Positions 1 through 9,536 of a stretch of 64,000 nucleotides of DNA are shown here, one piece after another (within the stretch, counting starts at the first letter, position 1; every line of letters begins with the position of its first letter). Below the pieces are notes generated by a model. The model worked only from the letters and a program-made list of their open reading frames with translations. It had not been told where the DNA came from and did not search any database. The translations under genes were made by a program, and so were the position numbers. The DNA comes from Thermoanaerobaculia bacterium (lineage in GTDB: Bacteria; Acidobacteriota; Thermoanaerobaculia; UBA5066), in assembly GCA_035542215.1 (NCBI GenBank), contig DATKLW010000033.1, positions 15,651-79,650 on the forward strand. Direction: 5' to 3'.

Positions 1-739
1 ACCACGCGACCGTGGACGGCCCCGTCCCGAGCCGGAGCGAAAGGAACTGCGCGAACGTGGACTCGAAGTTCGCGAAGGCGGTCGTCGTCACGAAGGACAG
101 GAGCATGAGGGCGCCGATCTCCGGCCGCCGGAGCGCCTTGAAGAGCGAACCCGCCGAGAAGAGCGGCGCGGACGGAGCGACCATGTCCACGGGCCGCGTC
201 TCGGGGAGGCGGAGGAACGCCCAGAGGCAGGCGATTGCCGAGAGCGCAGCCGCGAAAAGGCCCGGCGCGGACTCGCCGAGGTGCACGGAGAAGCCGCCGA
301 TCGCGGGCCCGAAGATGAAGCCGAGGCCGAACGCGATCCCGACCATCGCCATCCCGCGCGTCCGCTCGGACGGCGCCGTCGAGTCGGCGATGACGGCCTG
401 CGCGGTCCCGATGTTCCCGCCCGTCGCGCCCGGGAGGAGGCGCGCGGCGAAAAGCATCGGGAGGGAGCGCGCGAACGCGAAGAGGAGGTAGCCGACGACC
501 GTCCCGAGGAGGGAGAAGATGATCACGGGGCGCCGTCCGTACCGGTCCGAGAGGCGGCCGAGAAGCGGGCCGGCGATGAACTGCATCGCCGAGTAGCTCG
601 ACATCAGGAGCCCGAACGCGAGCGCGGACGGGTGGTACTTCTCGGCGTAGAGCGGCAACAGGGGGATCACGATCCCGAAGCCGAGGAGGTCGATGAAGAC
701 CGTCAGGAAGACGATCCTCAGGATGGAGCGATTCTTCAG
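1..739 (-). CDS. MFS transporter (Tet/TCR-like major facilitator), partial; C-terminal part lies beyond window start
   Basis: Minus-strand translation reads (M)KNRSILRIVFLTVFIDLLGFGIVIPLLPLYAEKY...GRLSDRYGRRPVIIFSLLGT...VIADSTAPSERTRGMAMVGIAFGLGFIFGPAIGG, a typical 12-TM MFS N-terminal half. The homology-supported N-terminus sits at a CTG (737-739) overlapping the erpA stop. There is no in-frame ATG/GTG/TTG. Confidence 0.7.
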   Translation of the reverse strand, partial: MKNRSILRIVFLTVFIDLLGFGIVIPLLPLYAEKYHPSALAFGLLMSSYSAMQFIAGPLLGRLSDRYGRRPVIIFSLLGTVVGYLLFAFARSLPMLFAARLLPGATGGNIGTAQAVIADSTAPSERTRGMAMVGIAFGLGFIFGPAIGGFSVHLGESAPGLFAAALSAIACLWAFLRLPETRPVDMVAPSAPLFSAGSLFKALRRPEIGALMLLSFVTTTAFANFESTFAQFLSLRLGTGPSTVAW

Positions 740-1107
740 CTGAAGGATTTTCCGCAGCCGCAGCCGGACGTCGCGTTCGGATTCTCGACCGCGAAGCCGG
801 CGCCGCGCATGTCCTCGACGAAGTCCACGGTGGAGCCGTGGAGCTTGAGCGCGCTCGCCGGATCGACGACGACCTCGATGTCTTTCACGGCGAGGACGTG
901 GTCCGTCGGCCGCTTGTCGTCGAACGTGAACCCGTACTGGAAACCGGAGCAGCCGCCGCCCTGGATGAAGACCCGGAGCGGCTTGTTCGCGGCGTCGGGC
1001 ATCTTCGAGGCGAATTCCTTCACCTTCGAGACGGCGCGATCCGTCACGCTGAGGACGAAGACGGAAGGGGACGTGACCTGCGTGGCGGTCTCGGGAGCGC
1101 TGGACAT
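736..1107 (-). CDS. erpA: HesB/IscA-family iron-sulfur cluster insertion protein (ErpA-like)
   Basis: 123 aa; motifs FIQGGGCSGFQYGFTFDD and NPNATSGCGCGKSFS align closely with E. coli ErpA/IscA. Confidence 0.85.
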   Translation of the reverse strand: MSSAPETATQVTSPSVFVLSVTDRAVSKVKEFASKMPDAANKPLRVFIQGGGCSGFQYGFTFDDKRPTDHVLAVKDIEVVVDPASALKLHGSTVDFVEDMRGAGFAVENPNATSGCGCGKSFS

Positions 1108-1244
1108 TGACGAACCTCCATCGGCGCGCGCGCCGCCTGCGGAATATGGCCGCGAACGCCCGCGGAAGTCAAACGAGGCGGGCGGGTTGTCGAATTCCCC
1201 CGGCGGTGAAAAACCCCACCATCTAGTGGCCTCTTAATGTAAAA

Positions 1245-1260
1245 ACACTATCCCTTGCGT
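1245..1260 (+). promoter_or_regulatory. Possible NrdR-box-like element upstream of nrdJ
   Basis: ACACTATCCCTTGCGT matches 11/16 positions of the NrdR box consensus acaCwAtATaTwGtgt. It lies just upstream of the putative -35. No second box and no nrdR gene in window. Confidence 0.2.
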
Positions 1261-1267
1261 TTTCCCC

Positions 1268-1296
1268 TTGAAATTCGGTCTCAGCAGCACTACCTT
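1268..1296 (+). promoter_or_regulatory. Putative sigma70-type promoter of nrdJ (TTGAAA-17nt-TACCTT)
   Basis: -35 TTGAAA at 1268-1273, 17-nt spacer, -10 TACCTT at 1291-1296. This would give a ~140-nt leader. Confidence 0.3.
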
Positions 1297-1440
1297 GTCC
1301 GACAGACCTGAATCGACCCCGGCGATCGCGAACAGTCGTCCTCTCCGGTCAGACGAAGGGCTACGGGTGCCGCCGGGTGGCGGCAAAAACAGGACAAACC
1401 GCTCACGTCATCAGAAGGTGAGAGGGAGGCGTTTCCGTCC

Positions 1441-4359
1441 ATGAGCAACATGAACACGCGCGAGACGAAGGCCGGAGCGAAGACGGAAACGACGAGCGGC
1501 CCCACCCCGCGGCCGGGCGCCCGTGGGCTCACGTTCCGGCGCCTTTACACGGACGGCGTGACGCCCCCCTGGGACGCGATCGAGTGGGAGCTCCGGACGG
1601 CCGCGATCACGAACGAGAAGGGCGAGGTCTTCTTCGAGCAGAAGGACGTCGAGGTCCCGAAGGCCTGGTCGATGACGGCGACGAACATCGTCGCGCAGAA
1701 GTACTTCTCCGGGAAGCCGGGCACGCCGCAGCGCGAGCGCTCCGTCCGCCAGCTCATCGGCCGCGTCGTCGAGACGATCACGGGCTTCGGGGTCAAGGGC
1801 GGCTACTTCCGCACGGGCGCCGACCGCGACGCTTTCTCCGACGAGCTCGCGCACATCCTCGTGAACCAGGTCGCGAGCTTCAACTCGCCCGTCTGGTTCA
1901 ACGTCGGCGTCGAGCCGAAGCCGCAGGCCTCCGCCTGTTTCATCAACTCGGTCGGCGACTCGATGTCCTCGATCCTCGACCTCGCGAAGACCGAGGGGAT
2001 GCTCTTCAAGTTCGGCTCGGGCACGGGCTCGAACCTTTCCTCGCTGCGCTCCTCGACCGAGTCCCTCTCCTCGGGCGGCATCGCGTCCGGCCCCGTGTCC
2101 TTCATGAAGGGCTTCGACAGCTTCGCGGGCGCGATCAAGTCGGGCGGCAAGACGCGCCGCGCCGCCAAGATGGTGATCCTCAACGTCGACCACCCCGACA
2201 TCGAGGAATTCATCCTCTGCAAGGAGAAGGAAGAGAAGAAAGCCTGGGACCTCATCGACGCCGGCTGGGACGGCTCGTTCAACGGGGAGGTCTACAGCAA
2301 CATCGCCTTCCAGAACGCGAACCACTCGGTTCGCGTCACGGACGAGTTCATGAGCGCCGCCGAGACCGGCGGCACGCACACGACGAAGGCCGTCACGACG
2401 GGCGAGCCGATGGGGACGTTCGACGCGAAGTCGCTCCTCGTGAAGATGGCCGAGTCCGCCTGGGTCTGCGGCGACCCCGGCATGCAATACGACACGCTCA
2501 TCAACAAGTGGAACCCGTGCAAGACGACGCACCGGATCAATGCGTCGAACCCGTGCTCGGAGTACATGTTCATCGACGACTCCGCCTGCAACCTCGCGTC
2601 GCTGAACCTCATGAAGTTCGCGCTGGAAGACGGCGGCTTCGACGTCGAGAAGTTCGCGCACGCGGTGGACGTCGTCTTCGCGGCGCAGGAGATGCTCGTC
2701 TCCGAGGCGTCCTACCCGACGCCCGCGATCGAGCGGAACTCGCACGACTTTCGCCCGATCGGCCTCGGCTACGCGAACCTCGGCGCGCTCCTCATGTTCA
2801 ACGGCCTCCCGTACGACAGCGACGAGGGCCGCCACTACGCGGCCGCGGTCACGAGCCTCATGCACGGGCAGGCCTACCTGACGTCCTCGAAGATCGCCTC
2901 CGAGATGGGGCCGTTCGCGATGTACCCGCCGAACCGCGACGCGTTCCTCGAGGTCATCTCGATGCACCGCGACGCGGCGTACGCGGTCGCGAGGCCGGGC
3001 GTCCCGAAAGAGCTCTGGGAGGCGCAGCGCGCCGTGTGGGACCTCACGCTCGAGTCCGGGCGCCAGCACGGCTACCGCAACGCGCAGGCGACCGTCCTCG
3101 CGCCCACCGGCACGATCGGCTTCATGATGGACTGCGACACGACGGGCGTGGAGCCGGACCTCGCTCTCGTGAAGTACAAGAAGCTCGTCGGCGGCGGCAC
3201 GATCAAGATCGTCAATCAGACCGTCCCGCACGCCCTGACGCGCCTCGGCTATTCGGACGCCGAGATGCACGCGATCGTCCGCCACATCGACGAGAAGGGC
3301 ACGATCGAAGGCGCCCCGGGCCTGAAGAGCGAGCACCTCCCCGTCTTCGACTGCGCGTTCAAGGCGCTCGGCGGCACGCGCTCAATCGCGCCGATGGGCC
3401 ACGTCCGGATGATGTCGGCCGTGCAGCCCTTCCTCTCGGGCGCGATCAGCAAGACCGTCAACATGCCGAACGACGCGACGGTCGAGGAGATCGCCGACGT
3501 CTACATGCAGGGCTGGAAGCTCGGGCTGAAGGCGATCGCGATCTATCGCGACGGCTGCAAGCGCACGCAGCCGCTGAACACGTCGGCCTCGAAGAACGAC
3601 GACTCCGTGAAGGGCACGCGCGACGCGCGCGGCAACACGATCGCGCCGGCCGCCGCGGCCGCCGTCGCGCCCGCCCTGCGCCGGCACAAGCTGCCCGACG
3701 AGCGCCGCGCGATCACGCACAAGTTCTCGGTCGCGGGGCACGAGGGATACGTCACGGTCGGGCTCTACGAGGACGGGATGCCGGGAGAGATCTTCCTCAC
3801 GATGGCGAAGGAAGGCTCGACGATCTCCGGCCTCATGGACGCCTTCGCGACCGCAATCTCGCTGACGCTCCAGTACGGGGTGCCGCTCGAGGCGCTCGTC
3901 GAGAAGTTCAGCCACATGCGCTTCGAGCCGGCGGGCTACACGAAGAACCCCGAGATCCCGATCGCGAAGAGCCTCGTCGACTACATCTTCCGCTGGCTCG
4001 CGTCGAAGTTCCTGACCGCGGACCTCAAGGAGAAGGTCGGGATCATCTCGCGCGAGGAGCCCGGCCCCGCGACGCGGCCGCCCTCGCTCACGTCGTCGGC
4101 GACGCTCACGGCGGTCTCGGAAGCGGCGGCCGGCCCCATCGCCGCCGCGTTCCAGGCGATCGCCGCGATCAAGGGCGGGGCCGCGGAAACGGCCGAGGCG
4201 CGGCCGATCGGCTTCGCCGCGCCCGCGGTCTCCGCGTCGCGCCTCACGTTCGAGAACAGCGCCGACGCCCCGAGCTGCCACGAGTGCGGGAGCCTCATGG
4301 TCCGGAGCGGCGCCTGCTACAAGTGCCTGAACTGCGGGTCGACGAGCGGCTGCAGCTGA
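1441..4359 (+). CDS. nrdJ: Class II (adenosylcobalamin-dependent) ribonucleoside-diphosphate reductase NrdJ
   Basis: 972 aa; long RNR catalytic core (…SACFINSV…, …NPCSEYMF…). C-terminal Cys-rich Zn-ribbon tail CHECGSLMVRSGACYKCLNCG typical of NrdJ. Confidence 0.95.
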   Translation: MSNMNTRETKAGAKTETTSGPTPRPGARGLTFRRLYTDGVTPPWDAIEWELRTAAITNEKGEVFFEQKDVEVPKAWSMTATNIVAQKYFSGKPGTPQRERSVRQLIGRVVETITGFGVKGGYFRTGADRDAFSDELAHILVNQVASFNSPVWFNVGVEPKPQASACFINSVGDSMSSILDLAKTEGMLFKFGSGTGSNLSSLRSSTESLSSGGIASGPVSFMKGFDSFAGAIKSGGKTRRAAKMVILNVDHPDIEEFILCKEKEEKKAWDLIDAGWDGSFNGEVYSNIAFQNANHSVRVTDEFMSAAETGGTHTTKAVTTGEPMGTFDAKSLLVKMAESAWVCGDPGMQYDTLINKWNPCKTTHRINASNPCSEYMFIDDSACNLASLNLMKFALEDGGFDVEKFAHAVDVVFAAQEMLVSEASYPTPAIERNSHDFRPIGLGYANLGALLMFNGLPYDSDEGRHYAAAVTSLMHGQAYLTSSKIASEMGPFAMYPPNRDAFLEVISMHRDAAYAVARPGVPKELWEAQRAVWDLTLESGRQHGYRNAQATVLAPTGTIGFMMDCDTTGVEPDLALVKYKKLVGGGTIKIVNQTVPHALTRLGYSDAEMHAIVRHIDEKGTIEGAPGLKSEHLPVFDCAFKALGGTRSIAPMGHVRMMSAVQPFLSGAISKTVNMPNDATVEEIADVYMQGWKLGLKAIAIYRDGCKRTQPLNTSASKNDDSVKGTRDARGNTIAPAAAAAVAPALRRHKLPDERRAITHKFSVAGHEGYVTVGLYEDGMPGEIFLTMAKEGSTISGLMDAFATAISLTLQYGVPLEALVEKFSHMRFEPAGYTKNPEIPIAKSLVDYIFRWLASKFLTADLKEKVGIISREEPGPATRPPSLTSSATLTAVSEAAAGPIAAAFQAIAAIKGGAAETAEARPIGFAAPAVSASRLTFENSADAPSCHECGSLMVRSGACYKCLNCGSTSGCS

Positions 4360-4371
4360 CCCGAGGCCCGC

Positions 4372-6018
4372 TCAGCGTCCGAAAAGCCGCGTCCGAAGCG
4401 CTTCGAAAAGGCCGCATCGGCGGAGCACGATCTCGCTCGGGCCCGGAGGCGGCCGAACGAGGATCGTGCCGCCCTCCGTCGTCTCGACGCGGCCCCCGCG
4501 CCCGGCGCTGACGGCGAGGAAGGGGCTCGCGAACCAGTTGACGACGAGAACGGCGTCCGGATCCGAATCGACGGCGAGGCGGATCTCCGGCACGTCCTCG
4601 AGTCCGGAGAGCGCCGCACGGGGGCTCGCCTCCCGGATCACGCAGCCCGCCGGCTCGAAGAGCGGCCGCGGCTCGGGCGGGGGCGCGCCCCGCGGCCGGA
4701 ACGCGTCGCTGTGCCGCGTGGCGGAGAGGCGCGCCGGCGTGAGGCTCGCGGCAATCTCGTCCGCCGCGATGAGCCGGGGCGGCGGCGGCCGCCCGACGCC
4801 GTACCAGACCTGGAAGAGCACGGCGGCGAGCAGCGCGGCGTGAAGTCCGCGCCTCACGGCGGCGCTCGGCGAGCTCGCGGCGAGGAGATCGATCGAGAGG
4901 CACAGGAGGACGATCGAAACCGCCGTCGAAAACGTGAGCAGACGCCACGGAAACTGGACGAACTGCAAGGGTGGCGCGAGGCGGTAGAGCGGCGCCGAGA
5001 CCGGCGACTCGAGGACGGCGTAGAGAGCCGCCGCGCCGAGCGCGAGAAACCACGCGGGGCCCGTTTCGCGGAGGCGGCTCGTCGGGAGGCGGCGGCACAC
5101 GGCGAGCGCGGCCACCGCGGCGCAGCAGACGATCGCGAGGGAGTTGAAGCCGCGCCCGATCTCGACCGAATAGCCGGCCGTGCTCGACGTCCAGCCGCCG
5201 ACGCGGTCGTACAGCATGTCCGCGAACGGCACGAAGTTCCGGAAGACGGCGAACTGCCCCGACCGGAAGACGTCGAGATCCGCGTCCGCGCCGAAGACCC
5301 GGATCCCGGCGAGGAACGGCCCCGCGACGACGGCGACGACGAGCGCGGCCTGGCCGAGCGCGGGAAGCGCCCGCGCCCGCCCCTGGCGGAACGCGAGAGC
5401 GCCCGCGAAGGCGAGGAGGACGAACCCCGACGCGAAAAGAAAGATCACGGAGTGCGCGAAGAAGAGGAGGGCGAGAACGGCGCCGAGCGCCCAGCCGGCC
5501 CGCGAACGCCCCGCGACGACGCCGAGCGCGGCGTCGAAGAGCCACGGGACGAGCATGAACGCCGCGAACTCCGCGAACGCTCCCCGGACGACCCAGTCCG
5601 TGTAGGCGTAGTTGGAGAAGACGAAAAGGAGCGCGCCGCACGTCGCCGGGAACGAAGCGAGCCCCGCGGCGCGGAGGGTCCGGCGCATTCCGAGCGCGCC
5701 GGCGAAGAGAAGGAGCAGGATCGCGGCGCGGACGCCGGCGAGCGTCGAGCCCGTCGCGAGCGCGAGGCCGCCCGCGAGGGTATTGAAGAGCCGGTGGTAG
5801 AAGAACGGGAAGGGCGAGCCATGGCCGTTCTCGGCGAGGGGCGTCCAGAGCGGGAGGAGGCTCCCTTCCGCGAACGCGCGGCGGAAGATTTCGACCCGTT
5901 GAAAGCAGGCGACGCGGTCGTGGTTCTCCGGCCAGCCGGGAAGGACGAACACGGGGGCACAGGCCGCGACGCAAGCGAGGAAAAGCAGGACGAAAGGGCC
6001 CGCGCGGCGGGGAGACAT
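4372..6018 (-). CDS. Polytopic membrane protein, probable GT-C-type glycosyltransferase (PTPS-related/YfhO-like)
   Basis: 548 aa, more than 10 predicted TM helices. N-terminal region LLPLWTPLAENGHGSPFPFFYHRLF resembles PTPS-related membrane glycosyltransferase-like proteins. It is the first of three tandem paralogous membrane genes on the minus strand. Confidence 0.55.
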   Translation of the reverse strand: MSPRRAGPFVLLFLACVAACAPVFVLPGWPENHDRVACFQRVEIFRRAFAEGSLLPLWTPLAENGHGSPFPFFYHRLFNTLAGGLALATGSTLAGVRAAILLLLFAGALGMRRTLRAAGLASFPATCGALLFVFSNYAYTDWVVRGAFAEFAAFMLVPWLFDAALGVVAGRSRAGWALGAVLALLFFAHSVIFLFASGFVLLAFAGALAFRQGRARALPALGQAALVVAVVAGPFLAGIRVFGADADLDVFRSGQFAVFRNFVPFADMLYDRVGGWTSSTAGYSVEIGRGFNSLAIVCCAAVAALAVCRRLPTSRLRETGPAWFLALGAAALYAVLESPVSAPLYRLAPPLQFVQFPWRLLTFSTAVSIVLLCLSIDLLAASSPSAAVRRGLHAALLAAVLFQVWYGVGRPPPPRLIAADEIAASLTPARLSATRHSDAFRPRGAPPPEPRPLFEPAGCVIREASPRAALSGLEDVPEIRLAVDSDPDAVLVVNWFASPFLAVSAGRGGRVETTEGGTILVRPPPGPSEIVLRRCGLFEALRTRLFGR

Positions 6019-6027
6019 CGACGAAGT

Positions 6028-7764
6028 CTAGCGAGACGGCCCGCAGCGGGCCGCGAAGACCGAACCCTCGGGCGTGCCCGGAAAGCCCAGCCTCACGGTA
6101 TACAGGCCCCGCGGCGGACGCGACGTGACGATCCAGTCGAACTCGGCGCACGCGCCCGTGTCCGGCGCCCGCATGGGAAGAAGCTCGAGCGGGCTGAGCG
6201 GCCGGGTTGCATCTACCGGAAACGCGACGAGGAAGGGAGAATCCTCCCGCGCGAGGATGCCCGGGTCGACCGCCACGCGCTGCCGCCCCACCGAGGACGC
6301 GAACGCGCCTGCGGCGGCGGCCCGCTGGCCGAAGCGCGGGGCCGTCGGGCTCAAGAGGCCCCAGCGCAGGAAACGCGTGGTGTCGCAGAGACCAGACGCG
6401 ACCACGACGACGAGAGGCAGGGCCGCTCGCGCGAGAGACGGCGGGGCGCGGAGCGCGAGAGCGTCGAGGCCGGCCGCCGCGAGAGGCAGGGCGAGCGCGA
6501 GCGCGAGGCCCGCGCGGTACCCGTTCGGAGCCTCCAGCGGAGACGACAGGACGCCTCCGGCGAGCGACCCCGCGAGGACCGCGAGGAGGAGGCCCCTCTC
6601 CCGGCTCCAGGCGGCGGCGAGACCGGCAGGAAGAAGCGCCGCGACGAACGCGTTGAACGGCGGCGTGTCCCCCTCGCCGTGGCGCGTGTTCCGGTCCCAG
6701 GCGAAGGAGAGCAGGCCGACGTAGTCCGCGGCGTTCTCCGCGACGCTCCATGCGACCTCCGACGGGCTGCCCCGGAGCCGGATGGCGGCGGCCCGTCCGC
6801 CGAGAGCGTCCGGCCGCCGGACGTACACGAGCGCGAGGAAGAGAGCCGGCAGCGCGAGCCCCGCGGCGAAGGCGCCGAACGCGCGGGCTTGGCGGCGGAG
6901 AAGGAAGGACCCGAACAGGAAGACGGCGAGCGCGCCCACCGCGGGGATCGAACCGACGTACGTGTGGAGCGAGAGGCCCGCGAGGAGTCCGCAGGCGAGA
7001 AGAGGCCCGGCTCTCCCGGAGTCCCGCGCGGCCGCGGCGCGCTCGAGAGAGAGCACGACGAGAAGGACCATCATCTGCTGGTCCCAGCCCCAGCGCGCCT
7101 GGACGAGAAGCGGAAACGCGGTCGCCGCGAAGACACCGGCGATGAGCGCGGCGCGCGGCGGGGCGAGGCGGCGAGTCAGGAGAAAGAGGGCGAGCGGGAT
7201 GAGCGCGCCGGGCAGGGCGGACAGCAGGGCGTAGGCGAGCTGGCGGTCGGGGGCCAGCACGAGAAGCACCCTCGCGACGTCCAGCATCCCGCCGAAGAGG
7301 AGGATGTTCGAGGGGCCGAACGGGGCGGGGGCGAGCGACACGGCCTCCCACGGCCACAGGAAGCGACCGGCGGAGGCCGCATCGTGGAGGGCGTGCACGC
7401 CGTCGGTCCAGGGGGCTCCGGGCAATTCGCGCCAGAACGCGCCGCGGAGGGCGACGGACAGAGCGACCACGAGAATTGCGGGGCCGAAGACACCGGCGCG
7501 GGGAGAGTCGCCGGCTGCGGGCCGCCGGAGCGCGAGGACCGGGGCGGCGAACGCGAGGGCGAGGAAGAGACCGAAGGCGACGAGCGCGAGCAACGTCGCC
7601 GCGGTGACCGGCCAGACGGAGTCGACCGGGAGGAAGTAGCCCGGCGGGTAGCCGAGAAGCCGCTGCCGGAGCCAGGCGGCGCCGGCGGCCGCCGCCGCCG
7701 CGAGCCCCAGGGCCTCGCCATGCCCCCGCGGTCTCACGGACTGCCACGAGAAGCGGCCGGCCAT
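6028..7764 (-). CDS. GT-C family membrane glycosyltransferase (ArnT/PMT_2-like, GT39/GT83)
   Basis: 578 aa, multi-TM N-terminal half with periplasmic loop motifs typical of ArnT/dolichyl-phosphate-mannose mannosyltransferase-like enzymes. Confidence 0.6.
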   Translation of the reverse strand: MAGRFSWQSVRPRGHGEALGLAAAAAAGAAWLRQRLLGYPPGYFLPVDSVWPVTAATLLALVAFGLFLALAFAAPVLALRRPAAGDSPRAGVFGPAILVVALSVALRGAFWRELPGAPWTDGVHALHDAASAGRFLWPWEAVSLAPAPFGPSNILLFGGMLDVARVLLVLAPDRQLAYALLSALPGALIPLALFLLTRRLAPPRAALIAGVFAATAFPLLVQARWGWDQQMMVLLVVLSLERAAAARDSGRAGPLLACGLLAGLSLHTYVGSIPAVGALAVFLFGSFLLRRQARAFGAFAAGLALPALFLALVYVRRPDALGGRAAAIRLRGSPSEVAWSVAENAADYVGLLSFAWDRNTRHGEGDTPPFNAFVAALLPAGLAAAWSRERGLLLAVLAGSLAGGVLSSPLEAPNGYRAGLALALALPLAAAGLDALALRAPPSLARAALPLVVVVASGLCDTTRFLRWGLLSPTAPRFGQRAAAAGAFASSVGRQRVAVDPGILAREDSPFLVAFPVDATRPLSPLELLPMRAPDTGACAEFDWIVTSRPPRGLYTVRLGFPGTPEGSVFAARCGPSR

Positions 7765-7770
7765 TGGAGC

Positions 7771-9369
7771 TCAGAGCGACATCGGCGACCAGAGTCGCCA
7801 CATGTTGCTGCGCAGGGTCGGGGGGCGGGCCGGCCCTGTACGCCGGTACTCGGTGAACGCGTCGGTTCGCGCGACGCGGACGAGACCGGCGCGCGCTTCC
7901 CAGCCGTCAAAGTCCGGGTCGCGCTCGACGAGGACGACGTCGGGCGCGAACCCCTCGAGCGGGATCTCGGCGTCGGAGGGCGCCCCCTCTCTCTTCGTCA
8001 CGAGATAGACTTTTTCGATCCGGCTCCAGCAGAAGTACTTCACGACGTCGCGCCCGTTGCGCGCGACGAGGAGGACGCGCGCGCCGCCGGCGGTCAGGTC
8101 GCGGGTGCGCTCGGCCATCGCGGTCACCGACTTGTGGAAATAATGGGCGGCGACGTCCGACCGGCCGAACGTCACGACCCAAGCCCGCGCCTGAAGCGCG
8201 AGCGAGAGGGCGAAGAGCGCCGCGAGCGGGATCGCGAGCCGGGGCGCGCGAGAGAGAAGCGCGTCGCAGCCGAGCGCGGTGAAGACGAGCCAGGCGGGGA
8301 GGAGGATCAGGAGGCGCGTGAGGCTCGGACCGTAGAGGCCGAGGAGCACGCAGCCCGAGAGCCACGCGACGAAGAGGAACGAGAGCGCCTGGGGCTCTTT
8401 CCCGCGCCGCCACGCGAAAAGGCCGAGGAGCGCGAACGGCCCGGCGATGAGGTCGAACGGATCGAGGCCGCTCGCCGTCAGGGCGACGCCCGTCACGTCG
8501 AAGACGTGACTGGATCCCAGCCACACGCGGTAGCGGTCCGGATAGGCGAACGGCATGAGAAACGTCGCGAGGACGTTTCCGATCTTCTCGAACGGCGTGC
8601 CGCGCGAAACGTAGTAGCCCCGGTCGAGGAGGGCGCCGGGCGCGCGGAGGAGAAGGAGAAGGTTCGGGATCGAGAAGAGCGCGAAGCCGAGGACGACGCG
8701 CCGCGCCTCGCGGCGCAGGGCGGGGCGCGTCCCGACCGTGCGGCGCCAGCGCAGCGCGAAGTGGAGCGCCCAGGCGATCGGAAGGAGGCGGCACGCCGAG
8801 TACGCGTAAACGCCCAGCGCGAAGAGCGCGCCGGCGGCGAACGGACGGTCGGCGACGCCGGTCTCTCTCCGGTCGTCGAGCAGGAAGCATGCGCCGAGAA
8901 GGACGAGCGGAGCGGCGATCGCCCTCAGGCCGACCTCGCCGGAGTGGAAGAGCCAGAGAGAGGACGCGGGAACGAGGAGCGCGATCCCGACGGGGAGCGT
9001 CGGCCGGATACGCCGGAGGAGGGCCGCGACGAGAACGAGCGTGCCGGCGGCCGCGAGGATGCTCGGGACGAGGAAGGACGTCCGCGTCGGGCCGAAGACC
9101 GCGACCGCGGCGCCGGTCAGGTAGAGCCAGAGCGTCTCGGCGGACGGGCCGATCGAGACCGTCAGGACCTCGAAGCGGCGCAGGAGAACGAGCCGGAGCC
9201 CGCGCAGCGCCTCGATGACCGGATCCGCCGCGACGCCGGGAGGGACGCGCCCGGCCGCGAGAGCGAGGAGACCGAGGTAAGCCGCGGCGCCGGATCCGAT
9301 GAGGGCGGCGCTCCGGGCGGAGGTCTTCCGCCCCGGAGCGAGGGGCGCACTCTCCTTCTGCGTCCGCAT
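7771..9369 (-). CDS. GT-C family membrane glycosyltransferase (ArnT/PMT_2-like)
   Basis: 532 aa, multi-TM; shares architecture with the upstream paralogue. C-terminal soluble domain. Confidence 0.6.
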   Translation of the reverse strand: MRTQKESAPLAPGRKTSARSAALIGSGAAAYLGLLALAAGRVPPGVAADPVIEALRGLRLVLLRRFEVLTVSIGPSAETLWLYLTGAAVAVFGPTRTSFLVPSILAAAGTLVLVAALLRRIRPTLPVGIALLVPASSLWLFHSGEVGLRAIAAPLVLLGACFLLDDRRETGVADRPFAAGALFALGVYAYSACRLLPIAWALHFALRWRRTVGTRPALRREARRVVLGFALFSIPNLLLLLRAPGALLDRGYYVSRGTPFEKIGNVLATFLMPFAYPDRYRVWLGSSHVFDVTGVALTASGLDPFDLIAGPFALLGLFAWRRGKEPQALSFLFVAWLSGCVLLGLYGPSLTRLLILLPAWLVFTALGCDALLSRAPRLAIPLAALFALSLALQARAWVVTFGRSDVAAHYFHKSVTAMAERTRDLTAGGARVLLVARNGRDVVKYFCWSRIEKVYLVTKREGAPSDAEIPLEGFAPDVVLVERDPDFDGWEARAGLVRVARTDAFTEYRRTGPARPPTLRSNMWRLWSPMSL

Positions 9370-9536
9370 TTGCCGATTCTAGAAGCGGTCGCGCCGCGAG
9401 CCTCCCGGGTGGTCCGGGCGCGCGAGAAGCGCGTCTTTTGGGCCTCCGGACGCATTCCTCCAGTCTTCGGACGCAATCGGCATGGTTCAAATGAGGGATG
9501 GACGAGCCCCGAGGCAGGCCCGGACACTGACCGTGG

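Noticed and set aside
1297-1440. Cobalamin riboswitch in the nrdJ 5' leader
   Set aside because: The leader is only ~140 nt and lacks the B12-box (GCCACTG-like) and GGGAA core elements. B12 riboswitches normally control class I/III RNRs rather than the B12-dependent class II enzyme.
1411-4511. Long alternative-frame ORFs overlapping nrdJ (641 aa minus, 975 aa plus, Arg/Gly/Asp-rich)
   Set aside because: Low-complexity R/G/P/D-rich translations typical of off-frame reading in 70% GC DNA. nrdJ in the other frame has unambiguous RNR homology.
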